Below, piece after piece: positions 1 through 14,180 of a stretch of 64,000 nt of DNA. The stretch's first letter is position 1. Every line of letters begins with the position of its first letter. This stretch comes from Eledone cirrhosa (lineage: Eukaryota). Location of the stretch: NCBI GenBank assembly GCA_964016885.1, contig OZ024742.1, positions 104,160,001 to 104,224,000 of the forward strand, written 5' to 3'. Under the pieces are notes generated by a model. That model was not told the DNA's origin. It searched no databases and saw nothing but the letters and a program-made list of their open reading frames with translations. The translations under genes and the position numbers were made by a program.

Positions 1-1892
1 ATCTTTATACTTAAAAAAAAAAAATAGGTGATAACTGGACTTTAACAAATCTGAGAAAATTGTATGACATGGACTTGAATTACAGATAAACCTATTTCCA
101 TGTACAAGAGGCATATTGTGAAATTAGCTGAAGTATGAGACAAGATATACATTAGTTAGGCTTTATGATTTAACAGACAAAACAAGTTGACATGCAAAGC
201 AAACACTATGACTAAAAAAAAGCATACATGTAAAAATGGTGTATTAAAAATAACTACATGCATTACAATTCAATACCAACAACATTTGGTTTATGACAGC
301 CATATAACATAAACTGCAACCCACAAGCTTTCTAATGGTGTATATTTTTATCTATATCAATGTAGTTGAAGTAAAATTCATACCATCATCAAAATCAATA
401 ACATCATCATCATCACCATCATCATGCTGTTCTAATCATAATATTTTCACTGAAACATCTCCCACCCTGGGACTTAACGAAATTTATTTCATGCCTACCA
501 TTTATTCCTTAGTATACATTATTACAATTGTTCCCATTGATATGTTGATTATATACTAAATATCAAATGCAACATTTTCATTTAAGCCTTTCATGATCAT
601 ATTTCACTCTATATGAATTAATCAATTAAGAATGTTTATACATTTACTATGATTATTAATTATTCCCGCCGAGGTTGACTTTGCCTTTCATCCTTACGGG
701 GTCGATAAAATAAAGTACCAGTAATGTACTGGTTAATTGTTGGCCTTGTGCCAAAAGTAGAAACAATTATTAATTATTTCATTACTAAGATAGTAGCATG
801 ATTCTTATATAAAGTTATGCTGAAGATTTAAATTTAAATAGGAACCCTTTAAAATTGGTGAGTTTGTTTCATAGAACCAGAGTCTGTTTTGGCCAGGCTG
901 GTATCAAAACAGTTAAGTTGATGTTTGGAAGATAACTTAATATATGGTTTTATATAGAATTATGTTGGAAGTGTATAATAATTGTTTCTACTTTTGGCAC
1001 TAGGCCAGCAATTATCCCAGTGCATTACTGGTAATGATAATTCCTAACCTCAGAAATTTAGAAAAATGTATGTATATGTTTGTATAAGTCAATATTTTCC
1101 CCTTTGTGTAATTATCTTTGAATTTATTTGCACATTTAGACATGTTGATTTATGTGAATTAATGTCCTGCTTTATCCATACATAGTAAATTTCTACAGCT
1201 GGATACCCTTGCTGATGCCAACACATACTTTTCAGTATGGAAGAGATTCCATACATACAAGTCATGGGCTTTCACAGAGTCACCATCTACCAAATTCAGT
1301 CAGAGGGCATTGGTTGGCCAGGGGTTGTATCAGAAGACACTTGCTCAAAGTGCCATGCAGTGGGACCGAAACTGGAACTATTATACATGTTTTAGAAGTG
1401 AATTATGTAATTTATAGCTATATATTTAGCTTGAATACATTAGTATGGTATATATATTTGAATCCCTTTCTTCTTATTAATATAATTATTATTACTTTTC
1501 TGTTCTATTTATATTTTTACATTTTACACTAATTTAAAATTATCCCTTCTTCCTTCTTAATCCAATTCTTTATTATATTTTATTATATCATATATTTGTT
1601 TCTTTGTATAATTTCTTAGCATCTCTAGGTCTTTAACTTTCATGACCTTTTAAAATTCTATTTTATGCCTTCCTCCAAGCCTTACCTTTCACTATATAAT
1701 GAACCATTATTGGCAAATCTATTTATGTATAATAAAACATTTCTGTATTGAGTCCTTTTTCAGTGAATATAACCTGTTACTTTTTTTTAAAGAACGCATA
1801 AATATATATATTCTTTATTAAGGCCTAACAAGAGTCCTGAGATTCTTGAGTTTCTACTGTGTGCTCACAGCTTAGTACTATATATATATATA

Positions 1893-2691
1893 GTAATAAT
1901 AATAAATTTGAAGACTAAAATCCAAAGAGGACTCGATAAGGATAAATATATATCAAATATATAAGAACCGTAGAGCAAATATTTATTAAAATAACAGATT
2001 AAAGTTTAATACATGTAGGTATGTGTGTGCGCTTGTTATATTTATTTATTTATATACGTTTATTTAATTATTTGTATACACGCGCACACACACACGCATT
2101 TATATGTGTGTGTATTTGTATACCTATGGCGAGTGTTTTCGCGTATGCTTGTGTATGTATGTATTTGGATGCGTGTATGTATTTATGTAATTTCTATTAC
2201 CTCTGTATTTTATTTACTTTATTCTTAACTCTGAAGCGGAGATTCATTCGGTCTCCTAGTTAGAATTTTAGTCTACGACTTCAGCTATACCATTTACGTG
2301 GTTTCGTCTTTGCGTGCAAGTGTTCTCCATGCTCCACATATGACGTATTACCTTCGTTTTTTCCGTTCATTGCCAGAGAACGTCTCTATGAATCACCTAA
2401 GAGAATATTAGTCTACGACTTCTTTTATACCATAAACGTGGTTCTGTCTTTGCATGTAATTGTTTTTCACCGCTCCTATTAATGACGTATTATATTCGTT
2501 TTTTCCCGTTCTTTGCCAGGGAACGTTTCCACGAACCAAAGTATCATCTTCCTGTCTTCCTCCGGTTGCAACGTTTTTTGAAATATTCACTTCTGCGTTT
2601 ACAGATTGACTTTGTTAGTTTCAGAAGATCCCGTTAAGGGTGAAAGCAGCGGTTCTTTGCTTAAACTTTAATCTGTTATTTTAATAAATAT
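1893..2691 (+). mobile_element. Non-autonomous Penelope-like element between (TA)n tracts
   Basis: Perfect 31-bp inverted repeat 1979-2009/2661-2691, internal ~120-bp diverged direct repeat (~2268-2388/~2408-2529) and a hammerhead near the right end. Confidence 0.55.
2601..2676 (+). ncRNA. Hammerhead motif with one core substitution (CAGAAGA)
   Basis: ACAGAUUGA-bulge-AGUUU-CAGAAGA-uCCC guuaa GGGu-GAA-AGCA..UGCU-U-AAACU-UUAAUCUGU; all three helices pair. Confidence 0.65.
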
Positions 2692-2802
2692 ATATATATA
2701 TATATATAAAAAACAAAGAATGGTTTTCTGAAGAGGAATGGAAGGGAACTACAATTAAATAAGGTACTCAATACATTAGTTTAGAAGGTAGATATTTATT
2801 TC

Positions 2803-2905
2803 ATACAGAACTAGAACTGTTTCATTCATTTGAAATCATAAGGAATGTCCCTGCTATTCCTGATGATTTCAAATGAATGAAACCGTTTTAGAGTTGTAGA
2901 AATCA
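2803..2905. ncRNA. Inverted pair of degenerate hammerhead motifs (same family as 29550)
   Basis: + copy has CTGATGA at 2860, then tttcaaatgaat, GAAAC and GTA; - copy has a CTTATGA core. The two form an inverted repeat. Confidence 0.55.
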
Positions 2906-2966
2906 TTTCTATATGAAATAGATATATATCATCATCATTTTACATCAGCTTTTCCATGCTTGTATG

Positions 2967-3166
2967 NNNNNNNNNNNNNNNNNNNNNNNNNNNNNNNNNN
3001 NNNNNNNNNNNNNNNNNNNNNNNNNNNNNNNNNNNNNNNNNNNNNNNNNNNNNNNNNNNNNNNNNNNNNNNNNNNNNNNNNNNNNNNNNNNNNNNNNNNN
3101 NNNNNNNNNNNNNNNNNNNNNNNNNNNNNNNNNNNNNNNNNNNNNNNNNNNNNNNNNNNNNNNNNN
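2967..3166. other. Assembly gap (200 N)
   Basis: Run of N seen directly; ORFs spanning it are artefacts. Confidence 0.99.
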
Positions 3167-3219
3167 GAAGAAGGTGGGGGGGGGGGGGGGACAGACTCTA
3201 CACCTAAGTCATAGCTGTA

Positions 3220-4780
3220 ATTGTCACTGATGAAAAAGTTGGAATTAGGAGAATATCAAGTTGGAAAGCTGCTGGGTGGGTAAAAGTGCAAGGTTTCTTG
3301 TTCAAAAAGCTTCCTGCACTCTATGAGAGGATGGCAGATCTACAGGAATGTGTTGAAAAAGGCAATGTGCCAGATTAGATGACAGTTGAGAGAATGGTTT
3401 TGTTAATGAAGAACAAGAACAAAGGAACAGTGGTGAGTAAGTATTGTCTTATAGCCTGCTTACCACTGATGTGGAAGCTGCTTACAGGAGTTTTCTCTGA
3501 AAAGATATACCTACACCTGGAGGAAAAAGAACTGTTGCCTAATGAGCAAAAGGGTTGCCAGAAGAAATTAAGGGGTACAAAGGATTAACTGAAGATTGAT
3601 AAGAGCGTACTTTGAAACTGTAGGATGGCCTAGGTTGATTATAAAAAAGACTATGATATGGTGGGAGTTGCAAATAGCACCAGGGAATTGATCAGAAACA
3701 GCATGCAAATATATTGAAGACATGTTTAACATCAAATGGAAAGGAGTTAGGTAAGATGGACATCAACAAGGGGATCTTTCAGAGTTATTTGCTGTCTCCC
3801 CTCCTGTTTGGTGTCATAATGGTACCTTTTACCTTAATACTCTGTGATGCAAATGCTAAGTACTCCTTTGGAGTGAACACACCATCCATCAATCATTTGC
3901 TCTTCGTGGATGATTTGAAGCTGTACAGGAAGTACAAGGAGCAAGTGTCTACATTGGTGGATAATATCCACACATTCTCAAGGGACATTGCAAGAGTATT
4001 TTAGTTAGACAAGTGTGCTGTTATTGAGATAAAAAGAGGGAAGGTAGCTTCCAATGAAGGAATCACTCTCCCTGATGGTGAGGAAATGAGAGTTACAGAT
4101 GAAGGAAAGTAAATTTCCTCAGGGTCTTTAAACTTGAAAATGTGCTCAACCAAACAATGAAAGGATGAAGAAGTTATATAGGTCTATGTTGAATGGCCAA
4201 AATTTGATCATCATGCCAACTGCATGAGCAGTTGGCATGATGAGGTACACTGGAAGTATTGTTGCTTGGACACAGGAGGATATGAAAAACATGGACAGAA
4301 AGACACATTAGATACTAACTATGAATAACACATTGTGCCCAAGAAGTAATGTAGCAAGGTTGTACATGAAACAGAAGGAAGCTAGTCAATGTTTAATTAG
4401 CATTGAGGAATGTGTCAGTGTTGAATGCACTGAGCTAAGTGACTATGTTAATGAAAATAGAAGTTGATCAAAATGGTTGAACTAGAAGAGGTTGTATTGG
4501 AGGTGAAGAGTTTACAGAGTATAAAGACAGAATGAAGGGAAAGAAAACTAGTTTTGGGTGGGAGAAGCTTTTGCATGGACAATTTGTTCATAAAGTCAGT
4601 GAATTTGCAAACAAAAGGGCTTGACAATGGATGAAAAATGTTTTTTTGAAGAAATGGAAAGCTTGATTTTTCTGCACTAAAATATGCTCTTAGAATGAAC
4701 TATGTTAAAGCAAAGATTGTTAAGACAATAATAGATGACTGATGCAGGATATGTGGTGCCCAGTCTGAAAATATATGCTG
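3220..4780 (+). mobile_element. Decayed R4/Dong-like non-LTR retrotransposon RT region
   Basis: Fragments IACLPLMWKLLTG, EQKGCQK..RGTKD, GIFQSYLLSPLLF, INHLLFVDDLKLY, LHGQF and CRICG, with many stops. Confidence 0.85.
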
Positions 4781-4907
4781 ACACAGCCCTTCCATGTCCC
4801 GGTTCAAGCGGGTTGCCCTGCAACAGCTTCAGTTTCTACAGTTGCAACAGCTTCAGTTTCTAAAGGGTCGAGAGTCTATATGTACAGAAGGAAGGACAGA
4901 GGGTACC

Positions 4908-5880
4908 CTTGACGGATCAATTGTGTGATTTGTTATGGTTCCAAAAGGTGGCTATTTTCTTTGACTACCAAGTCGATGCCACTCGGTATTACAGCGATCT
5001 AGCCTCTGAAGACAAGACCAAAGCCAATTACCTTGAGGACAGCCTCCAGGTATCGATCGTCGACCCTATCGATACCTTGAGGACAGCCTCCAGGTATCGA
5101 TTGTCGACCCTATCGAAGTTTTCATTTGATCTAGATTGATCATAGCCCCACCAAAGCCAGCTTTACACCTTAACCTCTCTATGATATATTGCATGAGGTG
5201 GAGGTTGTTGTGTATGGACCTGGTTGGGATTGCACAAGTTTATGCCTCCCCTACCAGACCCTTAACAACAAGTGCCAACTTCTTTGCTAACACCTTGACC
5301 AAAATCTTAAACTCTGTGTTTAGCGGAGTTATGGGCCTGAAATTGTCTAACATATCCCTCTTGTTCTTGTCTTTCCACATCAACCTTACTACACCCTGGC
5401 TCACAGAACTGGGAATGCTCCCATTCTGCTACCAGTTGCAGTAGACCACTCTGAGGAGATCGGAGAACAAGTCTGGCATATCAACGTAAAATTCATAGGG
5501 CAGACCATCCAAACTGGGTGACTTGCATCCCGACTAGGGCATCCTGAATTTTAGCTGATGTTATTGGCCTTTCACAGCACTCAGCATCAGCTAGGTAGAG
5601 TTGCAGGTGGCCGTTGAGGTAGGGACTGAAGTCTGCCACTGTCTCTGAACCCCACACCCTGAAAGGCCGCACACATCTGCCTGGAATTGTTCAGCATGCG
5701 TTCATCTTGGTCCATCAAAGACCGAATCATGGTTTTGTTACCACACTGTGCATCTGCCACACGGGCCCATCAAACAGCTTTCATCATTTCTTTGAGCTCA
5801 CGCCATAGCTCTGATAATGCAACCTTCATGTTTTGTATTGAAGAAATGGTCTAATGCTATTTTGCCACTATCACATCAGT
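4908..5880 (-). mobile_element. Decayed L1/Tx1-like LINE fragment
   Basis: Minus frame gives KSPSLDGLPYEFY and DNFRPITPLNTEFKILVKVLAK. Confidence 0.75.
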
Positions 5881-5997
5881 TACAATGCCAATTTCAACAG
5901 AGACTGTAAAGGAATGGAATTAGTTCTTCAATAATGAAATGATATTGATGGTAAATGATAATAATGATAATAATTTAATTGCTTTTTGCCCCAACAG

Positions 5998-6144
5998 CAA
6001 CAAAATACCGAGTTCAGCTGTAGTCCAAAGAGTTGATAGGAAATCACCAACTGGCTCACCTAATGGTATAATTGAGAAAAAGTCTGATGAAACAGTTATC
6101 ACACCATCTGACAATGTTATAGAAAAATCCAGCGAAAGACCAAG
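5998..6144 (+). CDS. KIF9: Kinesin-9 (KIF9-like) internal exon, low-complexity linker (NKIPSSAVVQRVDRKSP...KSSERP)
   Basis: ccaacAG acceptor, AG|GTttgt donor, 147 nt, phase 2-2; joins the next exon in frame as ERP-S-TPP. Confidence 0.7.
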
Positions 6145-6799
6145 GTTTGTTTTATTCTATCATCATCATTATCCTTTTTTAACACACGTTTTCCCAGCTA
6201 GTAAGGGTTGGACATGTTGTCACAGACTAAGTCAGCACTCAAATGGGGCCAATGATCTCTAGTTAGACCAGGGGCCTGATATACAATCTCCTAATCTACT
6301 GAGTACATTTATTGTGGCATCCACACTAGGGAAATTGTCATGTTCTTGACACATCCGAAGTGTCCTCCCAAACCATTGTTTGGCAGGTTTTCTATGGTTA
6401 AATTCCCTTCCTATCACCACCCACTTTATAGAGTGTACCCGGTATGTTTATCATGCAGATCACCAATACTAGGGAAGTTGTCATGTCCTTGACAAACTGA
6501 TGGGACCTCCCAATCCTTTGTTGGCAAGTTTTCTAAAGCTGGATTCCCTTTCTAGCACCGGGTATTGTACTCTTCAAAATTGTCTTGTTAATGCAAATTT
6601 CATGTGGTACAAGATGTTATGTGTTTAGTTATTCCAGTTCTATAACATATTTTCAGTGGATCACTCTAGATATTTGCAGGAGAATAGAACAGAGAGATAA
6701 GGAAAAAAAGGAGGGGCAGAGTTGGAAATATTTTTCCTGCTTTTTTTAATGGTTTCTTCTAAGATCACCTGAACCTGATCATGTACTTCATATTTGCAG

Positions 6800-6885
6800 C
6801 ACACCGCCACAGCGATCTGTTGCCTTTGAGGAATTTAAACAAGAACATGGTAGTGAGGTGAATAAAGAATTGTCCTCAAACAAAG
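6800..6885 (+). CDS. KIF9: KIF9-like exon (STPPQRSVAFEEFKQEHGSEVNKELSSNK)
   Basis: ttgcAG/GTgat sites; matches the vertebrate KIF9 tail motif TPP..VAFEEFK.E.GSE.N (recalled). Confidence 0.9.
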
Positions 6886-7696
6886 GTGATGTATTATTTA
6901 CTGTTTTTATAAACAAATTAACAAGTCCTGCTCACCATCATCATTGTCATAATTATTATCATCTCCTACAATAGGATGTAGGCAGTGTGACTAGGTCTAA
7001 AAATATTGGTTGCCAGGAGATAAAGGGGGCCCACCTACATATAGAATGCTATCATTTAGTTTTATAATGAATAAATAACATTTTCAAAAAATATATAAGT
7101 GAAAACAAAATAGTGCAATCAAATTTTTGCAGGAAAAAATGTGTACTTTTTACTAATTATAGTGTATATATACTGTACATATTACTGGGATCTAGCTGTT
7201 GAAACAGCCGGAGCTCAGCCGTTGGGGTCCTGACTCTTTTCCTATTACCCACTCTACTACCCTAAGTATTGAGTACTCTGGTGCGTTATGGTCCACCTGG
7301 TTTCTTACCACACTTTCTTTGTTATATATATATTAATATATATATACATGTATTTGTGTGTGTATCCATGTATGTATGCATGCATGAATGAATACAGTAA
7401 GCTATAAATTCAGACAACCAATGATTCCAACTATTAACACTATCATATATTTTGGTTTCTATTAATTCCCTAGGGAATTGTTTGACCAAATGCTTTGCTT
7501 ATTTGTTTATCTATTTTTTAAAAGTTTATATTTTTCAGTAAGACTTTTTTAAAGGTATTTTTTGAAAGCAAAGCATTGGCCCCTAAAATACTACAGTGGG
7601 CCCCTGTAATACTGCTCTGGGGCCCACTTGCCATTGGGCAACTTGGCCAGTCCACCACTGGATGTAGGAATAAAAACATTGAAATATTTGGTCACA

Positions 7697-8620
7697 TCAT
7701 CATTTTACGTCCGCTTTTCCCTGCTTGCAAGAGTGGGACGGGTCCTATTCAGCACAGCATCTCTTCATTGGTCACGGTCTTTCGTCATCTCCTCCATGAG
7801 CTTTAGCGATCTAAGATCAGCTCTCACCACCTCTGCCCATGTTTTTTGTGGTCTTCCTCTACTGCGTCTTCCTTCTATTGGGATTTCTTGGCATTTCTTT
7901 ACCCAGTGGTCATCCTCCATGCACATCACATGTCCATACCAACACAGTCTTCTCTCCTGCACACTACAGCTTATCCTTCTTATACACAATTTCTCTCTCA
8001 ACTCGTCTATGCTTGGTCGTTCATGCACATTGACATTGCACATCCAACGGAGCATGCTTGCTTCATTTCTCTCCAGCCGCCCCATATCCTCTGCAGTTGC
8101 TGCACATGTCTCACTACCATGCACATCGCGCATCTCACACAGGCATCATATAACCAGCCTTTCGTTCGTAGGGAGAAATCCTTCTTTGTCAACAGAAGAA
8201 GCAGCTCCCTTAACTTCTTCCAACCCGTCCTTATTCTAGATACTATGGCCTCGGAGCACCCTCCTCCCTTTCTAATCTGATCACCTAGGTATCGGAAGCT
8301 ATCAACCACGTCTATAGATCCTATCTGCATTTGAAAAATGTATCTATCACTGCGACTGCTACTGTCAAATTTCCCTGTACATCTGCATATGTAGTTTTCC
8401 CTATCTGTTAGTTTGCCTGCTATCCCACTACATCTCTTGTGTACCAAAGATCTGCATTGTGTACATTTTATAGAATTTATGCCAACTCGTTTTCTACATA
8501 TTGAACATGGCCATTTGATGGAATCAGAGTTTTCTACATATTGAACATGGCCATTTGATAGAATCAGAGTTTTGTCCTCTTTCCTACTTATCAACACTTT
8601 AGTCTTCTTGATTCCAACTG
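7697..8620 (-). mobile_element. RTE-clade LINE 3' fragment, frameshifted
   Basis: KWPCSIC..CTQC..VHKRCSG, VDSFRYLG, HGSET, MLRWMC, RRLCWYGHV, RGRPQKTW; (ATC)n tail. Confidence 0.9.
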
Positions 8621-9259
8621 CTGTTTCCATAAATTCACCATCAACATCATCATCAGTTTTATGTCCACTTTTCAATGCTGGCATCAGTTTGATAGGATAT
8701 TTTGTGATAATATTTTACACTTGAATGCTTTTCCTCGGCACCAACTCCTTTAGTTACCTTTTACGACATGCAGGGATATAGTGTACCTATACTAAAAACT
8801 GAGGTACATATAGATTCTGAGATCAAATATTAACAATTTTGCCTTTGCTTCACATTTGCTCTTTTCCCTAGAATTTTTGGCTCTGTACTAAATTGAAAAA
8901 TCCTTCAACATTAACATGAGCCAAGAAAGAGGGCTCATGTGGTTATCCAAATTGGTTTGACAAGAGTAACTTAATAACAACACCATTAGAAAATTGGATA
9001 GACAGATGGCTATGAAAGCTATGATCTTTCCCGGAGTAGAATGCACCCCTCTCCACCAACATAGGTTAGATAACAAGATAGGCAGATGATTAGGAATGCT
9101 AAGTTCTTGCCCAGAGAAGAATGCACCCCACCACATCAACATAAGTTAGTTATTAGTGATGTCAGAACTAGATGAAATCAGAAACAGGAAAATTGAGAGA
9201 AGGATGATATAGAAGGTAAAAACTTCTCTGTTAAAATGTAATTTCAGAAAAGCTCTACT

Positions 9260-9520
9260 TGATGTGTGCAATAGAGAATGAGGAGATAGAAATATATGAC
9301 ATAGAGAATGATTGAAATTTTCTGTGGGACAATCTACTGCAGGCTATTGATGAGAGCCGTGGCTGGAGCAAGGTCCCAGCCTGATGAGGTGTAACTTGAT
9401 GGTGAAACAGTACCATGGATAGAGCCATTAAAGCTAAGAGGTAGGCATTTAAAGACTGGGAAAATGAGGACAGCAAAGAACAGTTTGAAGCAGCTAAAAA
9501 AGATGACATTACAAGTAAAA
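9260..9520 (+). mobile_element. RTE LINE internal fragment
   Basis: Degenerate TWW.NS..DRAIKAKR.AFKDW segment of RTE ORF2. Confidence 0.55.
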
Positions 9521-9727
9521 GGTGTCAACTGTTAGATTACAGTAGTGATTTATGGTCTTATGATCCTGAACCATAACACAAGTACATCCCTAATTTATTT
9601 AAACACAATCTAACACCACCAACACATCTAAGTTGGATTGATATGAATAGATCAATATCTAAATTTCAGACAGTAGCATGTTTTGATTAAATCAAACAAA
9701 TTATATTTTCTTTCTTTATTTCTACAG

Positions 9728-9850
9728 AAGCCCTCAACACACTAAAGAAAAATTATGTAACATTGGCACGAGAAATTAATGTAATAAAATGTGAGATTGA
9801 CAATACAAAATACCGACTGGAAGAAAGCAAAGCTGAGAGAGTAAAACTAG
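9728..9850 (+). CDS. KIF9: KIF9-like coiled-coil exon (EALNTLKKNYVTLAREINVIKCEIDNTKYRLEESKAERVKLG)
   Basis: Polypyrimidine tract plus tacAG, G|GTAAG donor, 123 nt, phase 1-1; resembles KIF9 INAIKREID. Confidence 0.9.
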
Positions 9851-9915
9851 GTAAGATATGAATTAATATAGTTCAACTGTAATGGCTGGCAAGTGTAATG
9901 GACTAGGAACAAAAG

Positions 9916-10579
9916 TTAACCATTTTGATACCAAACTGTCAGAAACCACTGGTTCTATAATATATTTTAAATGTTTACACTTATTGGAAAACTTTCTATT
10001 GTAATTTTATATAAAAACCTCTGTTAAGTTATGTTCCAAACACCAGCTTAGTAACAATAAAATTACTTTTGTTACTAAATTCCTCCAAATTCTTCATTAT
10101 TTTCAAAATGATTTGAAAATCATAGTCCGTGTATTTCATTAGAAATATGGTAATGGAAGAGTTAATCCCTTTGTTACCATATTTCTAATGAAATTCACTG
10201 TATTTGAATCAATTAATGAAGAATTTGAATGAATTTACTAAAATTGCTTCCACATTTAGCACAAGGCCAGCAATTTGAAGGGAAGAGGAAAATCGATTAA
10301 ATCAACCCGAGTGTATTACTGATACTTTATTTAATCAACCTTGTAAGAATGAAAAGCAAAGCTAACCTCAGTGGGATTTGACCAATCCACCACCCTTGAA
10401 TTTACTAAAATTATTAATTATTTCATTATTAAGATGGTATTTGTAAAATAACATAACAAAAGGTTCTTATATCAAATTATGTTTAAAGATAGTAATTTAA
10501 ATAAGAACCCTTTAAAATGGCTGGTTTTGTTTCATAGAACTAGAGGTGGTTTGGAGCAGGTTGGCATCAAAAGGCTTAA
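9916..10579. mobile_element. Two TTAA-flanked piggyBac-type MITEs in inverted orientation sharing TTAA at 10162-10165; SINE inserted in the second
   Basis: TTAA-ccattttgatacc...ggtaatggaagag-TTAA-tccctttgttacc...ggcatcaaaaggc-TTAA; relatives at ~582-915, ~30124-30336 and ~37793-38295. Confidence 0.65.
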
Positions 10580-11307
10580 TACATATATTGGTTGCCCCAG
10601 TCTGCTTGGATGATGACAGGTTCCACTTCTAATTTATGGCTGAATGATTCCAATAATATCAAGAAGTCCAAATTTTGAAAAGAAAACATCTGCTGCAAAT
10701 AGATGTAAAACAATGGGGAAAAATACAGAGTTCATTTTCTGTAACTCATCATCATTTTACATTTCCCTGCTTGCATGGGTAGAACAGGTACTCTTCAGCC
10801 CAGCATCTCTCCACTTGTCATGGTCCTTTGTCATCTCCTCTGTGCAATTCAGCCGTCTGAAGTCAGCTCTCACCCTTTTTTTTATTTTTATAGTTTATTG
10901 TTTAAGCAGAGCCATACCTGTGATATTTGCAGGTCGTTTGAGGTGCAGTCATGGCTGTGTGGTTTAGAGTTCCACTTCTAAAGCATGTAGTTCCAAATTT
11001 TGTCCCACTGCCTGGCAACATGGGCAAATGTCTTTTATTATATAGCCTGGTAGATGGGCACTCTAAAAGCTTGTTTGTATGTATGTGTATATTTTTGTAT
11101 ATCTTCACTTCTAAAAAAACATTGTAAAGTCTCTTACAATGTGTGTTTGTGTAAATGTATGTGTGACTGTATGTCAGTGAGTGTGTAAGTTTGTGTTTGC
11201 GTGATTATAGTTATATACTCATACATATAGATGTATGTATATGCACATACACACACGCACACACATACGCGTCGGCATGTTGAAAAAAATCCTAATCTCT
11301 TTATCTG

Positions 11308-12462
<1,155 letters not shown>

Positions 12463-12559
12463 ATCTGTCACATAATTGATCTATCTATCTGTAGCTCTCT
12501 CATCACACACTCTCTCTTTCTATATATATGGCAGCTGAAGTGGTGGTGGCGGCAGTGAT

Positions 12560-12733
12560 ATACCGGAAGTGTAGAAATTTGAAACTTTTAAAAGAAGTCA
12601 ATTTTAAATAAACAATAAAATTATTTATATTTAATCAAGAGTTATGAAATGTAGTACATAAATTATGTAATATTCATTCATTATTTATTCAAAGTAATCC
12701 AACTTATTTTATTAACTGGATTATAGTATAGAT
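12560..12733 (+). mobile_element. Dispersed repeat, probably a non-autonomous Helitron/Helentron 3' end; second copy at ~62316-62523
   Basis: Shared accggaagtgt...aaattatgtaatattcattcattatttattcaaagtaatccaactt; ends ttatagtatagat. The class is inferred. Confidence 0.5.
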
Positions 12734-14180
12734 GGTGATGATGATGAATGACTATTGTTCATGTTCTGCTTCAGTGTCTGTAAGTCAATGTCTGCAAGGA
12801 AAAATATGATAAAGAAAGGAGAATTCCAGATGATTCACACTCTGGGAAGAAATTATTTGGGGAAAGTGGGTAGTTTTTGGCTTGGCTGATAGGGGGAGGT
12901 TAGGAAAGTTTGGGCTTGTGTGGAGGTGGTAGAGGGAGGATATTTTGGAAAGACGAATGGGGAAAGTGGTTATTGTGGTCCCTGGCTGATAGAGGTAGAA
13001 GAGAGAATTGTGCTTGTGTGGCGGTAGCAGAGGGCGGACATTCTGGGGAAAAAGTGTTTGGTGTGAGGCCTAGTTGACGGGAGAAGGTGAGGCTGTGTGG
13101 AGGTGGTAGAATAGACATAGAGAAGAGACAGCACAGTATATGACTTATAATCAGCAAAGTCATCAATGATGAAAATGAAGAAGAATACTAGCACAGTCAT
13201 GCTACTAATGTCTATCACAAAGGGCTGGATTAACCATTAAGCAAAATAATCACATGCTTAGAACATCAAGTGAAGAGTAGCATCATTTGAATGAATTTGC
13301 CATTCTAAAAAAACTTGGTGGGCTCCCTAATCTTTTAAGTGCTTAGGGTCGTAAAAGCACTTAATCTGGCCTTAACACTACATCAATATATTTAACATTT
13401 TTATCCACATTTTGGTACTACTGTTGCAAGCATCAGATTTAAAAAAAAAAAATACCACTTCAGTTTTCTAACCAGTGTTCCTTTTTGTCCTGTCTCATTT
13501 CTCTTTAATGCTCCTTCTGCATTAGGTCACATAACCTCAGCATACACCAAACATGCACAAAAGCCAACACAATCATCAACCTATGTTTGTGCAGCACAAC
13601 ACTACATCACTATATTTTACATCTTTATCCACATTTTCCCAAAACATTCTTTTGAATGTTTTTCTAAAGTAGTATACATATCAATAATATATGATTCTGT
13701 TTTACTTCTTACTGGTCTTGGTGAAATGTGTTTTTTTAAAGTTGTTTACATAACTGTAATATATGGGGTAACCTGTATTCTTTCTTGTCTGTGTTAGTGA
13801 AATGTATCATCATCATCATACGTCCGCTTTTCCCTGCTTGCAAGGGTGGGACGGGAACTGATTCTGGCTTGATTTCTACAGCTGGATGGCCTTCCTAACA
13901 CCATCCTCATTTACAGTGAGTGCTGGGTGCTTTTTTGCCGTGGCACCTCCACGACCACTTTACAGTGGAATGATAGGGACCCCAGTCCTATCATCTCATT
14001 TCTACAGCTGAGTAAACTGGAGCAATGTGAAATAAAGTGTCTTGCTCAAGGAAACAACACATCACCCGGTCTGAGAATTGAACTCACAACCTTTCGATTG
14101 CAAAGCCAATGCTCTAACCACTAAGCCATGTGCCTCCATATATATTTTTGTAAAGTTGTTTTCATATCTGTAATATATAG

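Noticed and set aside
2956-3230. ORFs of X residues
   Set aside because: They span the N gap.
7628-8239. 203-aa + strand ORF (also 48948-49514 and 49581-49955)
   Set aside because: Antisense shadows of RTE ORF2.
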